Positions 17,530-24,150 of a stretch of 37,831 nucleotides of DNA are shown piece after piece (the stretch's first letter is position 1; every line of letters starts with the position of its first letter). The notes under the pieces are model-generated. The model was not told the DNA's origin, made no database searches, and saw nothing but the letters and a program-made list of their open reading frames with translations. Both the position numbers and the translations under genes were made by a program. Location of the stretch: positions 1 to 37,831 of the IMG/VR virus record IMGVR_UViG_3300023116_000119; one strand, 5' to 3'. Source of the DNA: a virus (Duplodnaviria; Caudoviricetes).

Positions 17530-19545
17530 CTAGAATGGTAAGTCTAGCTCTTCGTCTACTGAGCGATGAATCTCTCCATCTCTGGTGTTTTCTAGATACT
17601 TCACTATATTGTCGTAGTGTCCCTCGAAATTAATTCTTCGGAAGACAACCTCTGACTCTGTATCTGAGTTGTAATCACCAATATAAGTATTGAAGAAGCT
17701 CGTATGATACCAGTCTGAACTTAGTCTATCGTTAAAGTAGAAGTAGGGCGTTCCTGTGTCGTAAAGCCTAACCTCTATTCTGTCTATCATAAGACTATGA
17801 GCAGTTAACTTCTTGGTATCTCTGTCTATGTACACCGAGCCATGATTGTGCTTATGACAAAACTCGAGATGTCTCTCAGGAGTATGTCTATTTTCAAGTC
17901 TATCAAGACTTCTCTCTCTGTAGTGTTCCACTACCCAGTCGGGTAAGTCCATAGAACTCATCAGAGAAGGCATATTCATGACTGGATTCCATCTTCTTCT
18001 CAGTATCTCTACAAGGCCTTTCATAGCCTCGTTCAGACAATAGTCTGCTGATTTATCAGAGATACTCATTAGTTGCTCGGCATATGGTTTGCACAGAGCA
18101 ATCATCTGTCTATACTCTTTGATATTTACTTTCTCTTTTAATTTCTTACAAGTATTCTCGAAAGTATCAAAGTCGTATTCTCCATCAATGAGAACATGCT
18201 TATCACGATAAACAACTTTCTCTAGACTGCTAAATATATTCTCGTCTCCTGTTAGGACTCCAGGTGTTGACAAGAATTCTCTACTTAGAGCACTTCCATG
18301 CTCCTCGTATAACTCGTTTGCAATCTCTTTTGCGTAGTCTATTAAAGTTGTCCAGAAGATAGCCCATGCTCTCATCTTTGTCTCGTTAAGAGTTCCATTG
18401 TGGTATCTTATCTCTATGCTACCTATCCCATCTTCTCGTAGTCCAGGGTGCATATTCAAGCCATAGTACCTCTTGTCGTTCCAACGACTATCGCTGTATC
18501 TATTCGTATCATACCAGTAGTCGATGAAGTCATCTCTATCTCTAACATTGTTCAACTCGTAAAACGCTTGAGACATTGGTTGACAATATCGATTGTTTCT
18601 TCTCGATGGTGGTAGCATACTATACAAGTGAGGCTCTATGGTTTTGACTATACCTGCTATTACGACTCTGTGATACCAGTCAAGGTCTCTGGCGTCGAAG
18701 TGCATGTGTTGTCCACAAGATACATCGACATAGCCATCTGCCTCTCTTTTGATAGTATCAGTTATGATAGCAATTTCTCTCCATAGATAATCTCCTCTGC
18801 GAGGTTTCATATCTACTTCAGAGCCGACAAAACCCTCTTGAGCACGATTTAGCGAGCCATCTTGTCCAGAAGTATCTCTGGAATGCTCGTAATGTACTCT
18901 GTATTCTCGATTTATCTTACTCATTAGAGTATTATTTATCATATGTCCGATTTCATAGCTATCGTCAAGAGAGTTATAGTGCTCTATCTCTATACCGACA
19001 TGTCTTTTGCTCGGTATTTTGTTATATGTATTAGGCACTATCCATCTGTGTTCGTCTTCTGTGCGATAAGCTATACCCTCTCCAGTATGGGGTATTTCTA
19101 CTCTATGAGCAAGATACTCTGGTATTGCAACATCAGGACTGCTTAACTCGTCGTTTACATACCACTCTGGATATGTATTAGGAGGATTACAACTATCGCA
19201 ATAATACTCTCCAGTATCATCACAATAGTTATAGTCTCCGTACTCGGTGTCTATCTCTGCGTCGCAGTCTTCACAATTACGAAACCTATCGTTGTAGGCG
19301 TCTTGAGAGAAGTATTCTCCGACATTTTCAGAGTAGCACGCATCATCGATATGTACAACATCTCCAGTCTCGTAGCACTCTACATAGTCGTCTGCACAGC
19401 TTTCGCAGATTTCCTGTCCCATGTCGTTTGTATAGCCATATTCTACATCATCTGTAGTTAGCTCATTATCACAATCTGAACAACATAGAGACACTAGATT
19501 CGTCTCTTCTGCTGGCTCTTTATATCCTTCAGGAGGCATAGTCAA
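17530..19545 (-). CDS. Putative amidoligase (COOH-NH2 ligase, glutamine synthetase/gamma-glutamylcysteine ligase fold) with N-terminal CxxC repeats
   Basis: HVGIEIE, RDTS...GSEV, CGQHMHFD, RRNNRYC, RYYGLN, SIEIRYHNGT motifs; adjacent to a GATase. Confidence 0.85.
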   Translation of the reverse strand: MTMPPEGYKEPAEETNLVSLCCSDCDNELTTDDVEYGYTNDMGQEICESCADDYVECYETGDVVHIDDACYSENVGEYFSQDAYNDRFRNCEDCDAEIDTEYGDYNYCDDTGEYYCDSCNPPNTYPEWYVNDELSSPDVAIPEYLAHRVEIPHTGEGIAYRTEDEHRWIVPNTYNKIPSKRHVGIEIEHYNSLDDSYEIGHMINNTLMSKINREYRVHYEHSRDTSGQDGSLNRAQEGFVGSEVDMKPRRGDYLWREIAIITDTIKREADGYVDVSCGQHMHFDARDLDWYHRVVIAGIVKTIEPHLYSMLPPSRRNNRYCQPMSQAFYELNNVRDRDDFIDYWYDTNRYSDSRWNDKRYYGLNMHPGLREDGIGSIEIRYHNGTLNETKMRAWAIFWTTLIDYAKEIANELYEEHGSALSREFLSTPGVLTGDENIFSSLEKVVYRDKHVLIDGEYDFDTFENTCKKLKEKVNIKEYRQMIALCKPYAEQLMSISDKSADYCLNEAMKGLVEILRRRWNPVMNMPSLMSSMDLPDWVVEHYRERSLDRLENRHTPERHLEFCHKHNHGSVYIDRDTKKLTAHSLMIDRIEVRLYDTGTPYFYFNDRLSSDWYHTSFFNTYIGDYNSDTESEVVFRRINFEGHYDNIVKYLENTRDGEIHRSVDEELDLPF

Positions 19546-20680
19546 ACTCCATTTCTTCTTGCAGAGTATCTTTGCTAGCTATGTAGCCACCCTGCTCGAA
19601 ATATTCATAATCGTATAACCTCTCGACCAGACACCATCTATTTGGAGTTAGGTTGCTCTCTGCATACCATTGTCCATTACGAGGGTCGAGGAAATACCAC
19701 TCTTCCTCATCTGCATTGTATTCCCAGTATTCACTCGAATCTCTTTCTTCTACTGGGTATAGATTCTCTAGAGTATCCAAGCCATAGTCCATCATCTCCA
19801 TAACTTCTGATACAGAGACATAACCATCGTCGGGTACATCTTGATTTAAGAATCCAAACTCTATATCAATGTCTATGAAGTCGGAATAATCTGTGTCGTC
19901 TTTATAGTCGTTGATATCGTAGTAGTTCGAGTATACTTGATACTCTCTGCTTTTGTATTCGAAGTCTGTCTTGTCTACATTAGTTGCTAGACCATCAAAC
20001 TTGCGAGTGTCAAAAGCATACAGAGTATTTGTATTAATCTGGTAATGCGTACACTCTACACCAGCAGAGGCAAACGCTTTCTCTAAGAAGCCTGCTTCAG
20101 AAGCATAGTATAGTACTCGTGCTTTCTCCCAGTAGGCTAAATAGCAAGGACGATTTTTTTCTCTCGCTAGGTATAGTGTATGAGTATTATTCTTAACAAA
20201 AGAGATTGCAAAGTCTCCATCTAAATGACTCGCAACGGCGTTCATATCAGTCTCTCTGTCGACTAATTCGAACAGATACTGAGTGTCTACTGAGCACGCT
20301 TTACCGACTTCTTTTTCAAGTTCGGTGGTGTTGTATAGACAGCCATTGTGGGCTCCGATAGTATTCCCGATATGAAATGGGTGAGCATTCTCTAGCGAGA
20401 TTTCGCCCATTGTAGCAAATCGAGTATGTCCTATATAAATACTAATGTCGTTCATTCTACGCAGAGCATTACTGAACTGAGTAGTCTTTACGAACTCGGA
20501 AGATGGAGACAACGACTTATGTACGAGGCTATTACCCTTGCCAATCTCTGCAAGACCTGAAGAATGCCTACCTCTTGACTCGCTACTGATAGCGAGAGAT
20601 GTCAAGATAGTCTTGGCTTTCTTTAGTTGCGTCTTACTGAGTGGACGAGGGCTCTTAGCCATTCCATATATTCCACACAT
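19529..20680 (-). CDS. Class II glutamine amidotransferase (Ntn hydrolase) with acidic C-terminal extension
   Basis: N-terminal MCGIYG, RGRHSSG, GHTRFAT, NAHPF, HNG. Confidence 0.92.
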   Translation of the reverse strand: MCGIYGMAKSPRPLSKTQLKKAKTILTSLAISSESRGRHSSGLAEIGKGNSLVHKSLSPSSEFVKTTQFSNALRRMNDISIYIGHTRFATMGEISLENAHPFHIGNTIGAHNGCLYNTTELEKEVGKACSVDTQYLFELVDRETDMNAVASHLDGDFAISFVKNNTHTLYLAREKNRPCYLAYWEKARVLYYASEAGFLEKAFASAGVECTHYQINTNTLYAFDTRKFDGLATNVDKTDFEYKSREYQVYSNYYDINDYKDDTDYSDFIDIDIEFGFLNQDVPDDGYVSVSEVMEMMDYGLDTLENLYPVEERDSSEYWEYNADEEEWYFLDPRNGQWYAESNLTPNRWCLVERLYDYEYFEQGGYIASKDTLQEEMEFDYAS

Positions 20681-20777
20681 AAGGCATCATTCTCCTATAT
20701 TAGTTAAAGTAATAGACGCCCAGAGAAAAGAGTGGGTATCTCTAGGCGTTTCGTCGTATAACGACTCGTCAGTATTA

Positions 20778-21020
20778 CTATTGTATCTCGTCCATAATAG
20801 ACTTAAATACATTGTAGTCTGTCTGCAGATTATATGTCGTATAATCAATTCCTGTCTTCGCTTTCGTTTTGAGAGTCTTCTGTATAGTAGCCTCTCTCAT
20901 GAGAGCGTACTGCTCTGTCTTGATACTTTGCATAAGTTGTAGTACCTTGTTGTACTTCTCTTCTATGCGTCGCATTTGCAGTAGAAGTTCTCTTCTCTCT
21001 GCTGTTTGTTTGTCTGGCAT
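20778..21020 (-). CDS. Hypothetical coiled-coil protein
   Basis: 80 aa; strong AAAGGAGG RBS. Confidence 0.7.
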   Translation of the reverse strand: MPDKQTAERRELLLQMRRIEEKYNKVLQLMQSIKTEQYALMREATIQKTLKTKAKTGIDYTTYNLQTDYNVFKSIMDEIQ

Positions 21021-21339
21021 ATAAGCCTCCTTTACTTTGTTTAAGTTCTACTTCTCCGAGACTATCCATCTCGAGAAAGTCTAGTAATATTCTATTCGCC
21101 TTTTCAATCTCGGCGTTATGAATGCTTATCTTTTTTGTATAATGTCTTAACATCTCGTGTCCTAGACGATTATATTTTGCTGTCTGGAAATATATCTTAC
21201 GAGCCTTGACTTGCTTAGGGTGTAAGCCCTGCTCTGATAATATCTCTCTATGCATATCTACTACTTGTAGGCACTCTTTTATCTTGCCTTTACTAAGGTT
21301 TAGGCTCGTCAGTAGTTTAGGTGTCTTGCGTTTAGACAT
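20845..21339 (-). CDS. Hypothetical basic protein; 3' part overlaps the next gene
   Basis: AGGAG RBS and ATG; last ~58 codons overlap ORF 20778-21020 in another frame. Confidence 0.6.
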   Translation of the reverse strand: MSKRKTPKLLTSLNLSKGKIKECLQVVDMHREILSEQGLHPKQVKARKIYFQTAKYNRLGHEMLRHYTKKISIHNAEIEKANRILLDFLEMDSLGEVELKQSKGGLYARQTNSREKRTSTANATHRREVQQGTTTYAKYQDRAVRSHERGYYTEDSQNESEDRN

Positions 21340-21344
21340 TCTCG

Positions 21345-21740
21345 TTAGCTCCTGTTGTACAACGCCTTGCGTACATATTCTGCGAACATGTCGAAGCGTG
21401 CTCCTGTCGTGTTGCTGTTGACGGCGCTGTGTATTCTCATACTACTATAATCTGAGTATATCTCTATGCAACCTTGTTGTCCTGCGAGATGTTTATGCCT
21501 GAGTATAGACTTGATTGCGTCGTTTAGGCTATTCGTATAGTCCATCGTCATGTCGGTACGCACCCAGAAAGGGTGGTCGTTGTCTTGTGATGGCTCGTAG
21601 TAGAGTTTGTAAGAACTCGTACCACTTTTCTGTATGGTAACGCTAAGAGTCGGTTTCATCTCTTCGAGAGATACTTCCTTAGTCTGAGTGCATTTGCATG
21701 TCGGACAAGTCTCGCGTCTAGTAATCGTCGTTACGTTCAT
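21345..21740 (-). CDS. Hypothetical protein with N-terminal CPTC motif; first gene of the leftward early unit
   Basis: Start moved to ATG 21740 (GGAGA RBS); ORF track starts at TTG 21806, inside the promoter. Confidence 0.65.
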   Translation of the reverse strand: MNVTTITRRETCPTCKCTQTKEVSLEEMKPTLSVTIQKSGTSSYKLYYEPSQDNDHPFWVRTDMTMDYTNSLNDAIKSILRHKHLAGQQGCIEIYSDYSSMRIHSAVNSNTTGARFDMFAEYVRKALYNRS

Positions 21741-21805
21741 TGTGTTCTCCACAAGTTGTTCTCGGTGCCCTGCCGAGATGGTTATAATATTCTGGGCTTT
21801 GCCCA

Positions 21806-21834
21806 AATTTAAATATAAAACTTTGCTCTCGCAA
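21806..21834 (-). promoter_or_regulatory. Promoter TTGCGA-N17-TAAATT(TGGG)
   Basis: Sigma70-like hexamers; shares AAATTTGGG with the promoter at 17371-17399. Confidence 0.5.
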
Positions 21835-21864
21835 GAACTTTGTTGGACGCGTCCCTTATCCTCT

Positions 21865-22032
21865 ATTATCTTGCCTGGCGAGGCGAAGCGAGGCGATTAA
21901 ATTTGCGTAAGCAAATCGCCGAGCGAATATCTTGCCAAGCGAAAATCTTAGACAATTATCTAGCCTGAGTTGGTGGGGTTTAAAAAAAAACGAGCCAATT
22001 ATCGTGCCATACACTCTAATATCTAGCCAAGC
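21865..22032. repeat. Array of five TATC(T/G)(T/A)GCC direct repeats (iteron-like)
   Basis: Copies at 21867, 21928, 21957, 22000, 22020. Confidence 0.75.
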
Positions 22033-22134
22033 CTGATGGGTTTGAGTTGTACTGTTGGAGCTGATTTTTGGTCTCGAAAATATTTTAAAATAATTCTTGT
22101 AATTCTCGTTTTTTAGCCCCAATTTCTCTTATAT

Positions 22135-22153
22135 GCGAAGCGATAAAGACAAC
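22135..22153. repeat. Left arm of a 19-bp imperfect inverted repeat (partner 22544-22562)
   Basis: gcgaagcgataaagacaac versus reverse complement gcgaagcgacaaagtcaac, 17/19 identical. Confidence 0.85.
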
Positions 22154-22201
22154 AAGACAAATAAGGAAACCGAAGTTCTCGGGAAAGGAGGTAAAGCGAC
22201 T

Positions 22202-22540
22202 ATGGCAAAAAGAACAACAATTGAAACTTCTGAAGAGTTCAACGAGTTGTATTCTCAATTAGTTCCGGCGATTAATACCGATGCCGAGTTTCATTCTAGA
22301 TTCAGATTGAAAGGCTCGGCCGGTGGAACTAAAAGCGAGGTTATGTCTGCATATTCTAAAGAGTGGAAAAAATTAGAATCTCAAGTAGATTCTCTTAATG
22401 CTCTACTTATTAGCGATGATGTGCGAGACACTGCCGGCGATTCTGTTTTAGTTCGTGTTATGGTATCCAAATATGATAATGCGACAAGTTCAGAACAAAT
22501 GGCATATAACCGAGTGTTAGAGAATCACTCGAAGAAATAA
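22202..22540 (+). CDS. Orphan 112-aa protein (MAKRTTIETSEEF...)
   Basis: Ideal RBS AAAGGAGGT before ATG 22202; double stop TAATAG. Confidence 0.8.
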   Translation: MAKRTTIETSEEFNELYSQLVPAINTDAEFHSRFRLKGSAGGTKSEVMSAYSKEWKKLESQVDSLNALLISDDVRDTAGDSVLVRVMVSKYDNATSSEQMAYNRVLENHSKK

Positions 22541-22553
22541 TAGGTTGACTTTG

Positions 22554-22729
22554 TCGCTTCGCTTACTTAGTTCTCGTGGGGCTCAGAACTCGGGGGTTTG
22601 TCTCTGCGTTTCCCTTGACTCGGCAAAGTTTTGCGGTAGCAAATACTTTGAAGTGTCAATGGGTTTAAACGCTTGTAGAGAGGAACTCGTGAGTTCTGAG
22701 TCCCTAAGAGAACAGAGTAAGCGAAGCGA
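22554..22729 (+). ncRNA. Candidate structured RNA/ssDNA element: ~175-nt rod-like hairpin
   Basis: Nested stems from tcgcttcgcttact/agtaagcgaagcga inward to tttgc-ggta-gcaaa; G-U pairs favour the plus strand. Confidence 0.65.
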
Positions 22730-22788
22730 AGTGCAACGGAGCGGAGCGATTACCAAATTTTCAACCTAATTTGTAATTTTCAATTTGG

Positions 22789-22808
22789 AAAAAGACCGGC
22801 ACGGTCTT
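22789..22808 (-). terminator. Probable intrinsic terminator (minus strand)
   Basis: Stem aagaccg-tgc-cggtctt running into a T tract on the minus strand. Confidence 0.55.
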
Positions 22809-22978
22809 GTGAAAACAAAAGAGACACACAAAATTGTGCAATTTTTGAGTTTTTGAACCTTTTTATGGTTTTTCCCTTAGAGTTCATAGAGTTTCTCTAG
22901 AGATGCTGTAGAAAAATTTTTTTTAGAAAAATTTACAAAGGGAAAGCTTATAGCTCTCTTAGTTTCCGTCCTTCGGAC
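22789..22978 (-). ncRNA. Candidate ~190-nt small RNA
   Basis: Lies between a minus-strand promoter and a terminator, no convincing ORF, several stems. Confidence 0.4.
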
Positions 22979-22983
22979 TCCAA

Positions 22984-23013
22984 AAAATACAAAGTTGTCT
23001 TTATGTGCGTCAA
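22984..23013 (-). promoter_or_regulatory. Promoter TTGACG-N18-TATTTT pointing into non-coding DNA
   Basis: -35 at 23013-23008, -10 at 22989-22984. Confidence 0.55.
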
Positions 23014-23071
23014 GACTCTTTTTGTTTATTTTGTAAAAAATTTTTTTTCTGGGGTATTTGTAATAAAAGTG

Positions 23072-23101
23072 TTGACATAAATAAAAATTTTGTTCTAATT
23101 T
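23072..23101 (+). promoter_or_regulatory. Promoter TTGACA-N18-TAATTT for the rightward operon
   Basis: Perfect -35, AT-rich upstream tract, 31 nt before ATG 23133. Confidence 0.65.
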
Positions 23102-23132
23102 GCTGTGTATTCAAATTAATAGGGAGAAAAAA

Positions 23133-23435
23133 ATGCAAAATAATGTTGGAAAAATAAAAATTGGTGGACATTCTTATCAAGTAATAGAATTAGAATTAGT
23201 TCACGAAGAAAGTAGTAAGGAATTGTATGGTAGACACGAAGTTAAAACTAATACTATACTACTTAATAACACTATACACCCAGATAGAAAGAAAGAAACC
23301 TTCATTCATGAAGTATTACACGCAATATTACTCAATGGTGGTCACGAACATCCAGAACATATCATTGATTGCATCTCAAATGGCTTATTTCAATTAGGAG
23401 TAGGAGAACATCTATGGAAAAGCTTAAAAAAATAA
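23133..23435 (+). CDS. Small HExxH zinc metallopeptidase-like protein
   Basis: ETFIHEVLHA motif preceded by LYG...TILLN strands; GGGAG RBS before ATG 23133. Confidence 0.7.
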   Translation: MQNNVGKIKIGGHSYQVIELELVHEESSKELYGRHEVKTNTILLNNTIHPDRKKETFIHEVLHAILLNGGHEHPEHIIDCISNGLFQLGVGEHLWKSLKK

Positions 23436-23617
23436 TTCGTATAGCTAAAGAAGAAGGCGACAAAGAAACTGTGCAAAAGCTACAGCAAGAATTTGACGCA
23501 GAATTAGAGAAAATACGCAAAAACCTTGATTGGAAGCGCTATGAAGAGGTCTTAAGAGGCCTAGAAGATAAACCTGATATGGAGGATTTTCCTAAATATG
23601 ACAAAAAAAACAAATAA
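23414..23617 (+). CDS. Hypothetical protein
   Basis: AGGAG RBS before ATG 23414. Confidence 0.65.
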   Translation: MEKLKKIIRIAKEEGDKETVQKLQQEFDAELEKIRKNLDWKRYEEVLRGLEDKPDMEDFPKYDKKNK

Positions 23618-23951
23618 CGATGTAATAGAGTACATCAAAAAAGAATATCCAAACACAGAACAAGAGTTCCAAGTACTGTTAAATGAAATGTATAAGACAT
23701 TTTGTAGAAAACAATTTGACTATGGGCCTGGAAACATAGCAATGGGAACAATGTTGAAGGATAGTAAAGAAATCAATACATCACTACTAGGTATTATAGT
23801 AAGGATGAATGATAAGATAAACCGACTAGTTAATTTAGCCACTAAACACGACTTCGAAGCACAGAATGAGCCTTTAGAGGATGCATTCTTAGATGTTGCG
23901 ATATATTCGGTAATGGCATTAATAGTCAAAAACAACAAATGGGGCAAATAA
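23598..23951 (+). CDS. DUF1599 / nucleotide-modification-associated all-alpha (MazG-like) protein
   Basis: KQFDYG, GIIVRMNDKINRL, EPLEDAFLDVAIYSVM pattern. Confidence 0.75.
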   Translation: MTKKTNNDVIEYIKKEYPNTEQEFQVLLNEMYKTFCRKQFDYGPGNIAMGTMLKDSKEINTSLLGIIVRMNDKINRLVNLATKHDFEAQNEPLEDAFLDVAIYSVMALIVKNNKWGK

Positions 23952-23952
23952 T

Positions 23953-24150
23953 ATGAATGACTACGAATACAAGTTGAGAGAATATTCTCTAACATTGTCT
24001 CCAAAGCAAATAGAATATATTAGCCTTGCTTTAGAGAATCTTGGTATTGGTGGAGTTGAGGATAATTATTTTCTAAATGACTGTGGAGAGTTTGTTTTAG
24101 AAGATATGTGGAATCAAATTCATGAACTAGAAAAGAAGGCGGGTAAATAA
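23953..24150 (+). CDS. Hypothetical acidic protein
   Basis: 65-aa ORF filling the operon gap. Confidence 0.65.
   Translation: MNDYEYKLREYSLTLSPKQIEYISLALENLGIGGVEDNYFLNDCGEFVLEDMWNQIHELEKKAGK

Noticed and set aside
21856-22122. ORF-track 88-aa minus ORF, and 22545-22769 plus ORF
   Set aside because: No RBS, non-ATG starts, and they overlie repeat arrays or the long hairpin; better explained as non-coding
22544-22729. Integron attC site or IS/MITE ends around the orphan gene
   Set aside because: No RYYYAAC/GTTRRRY boxes, no target-site duplication seen, no integrase or transposase in the window
22960-22981. Hammerhead ribozyme (gagtccgaaggacggaaac; also ggacgaaac near 13232-13240)
   Set aside because: CUGANGA core and stems I/III are missing at both sites
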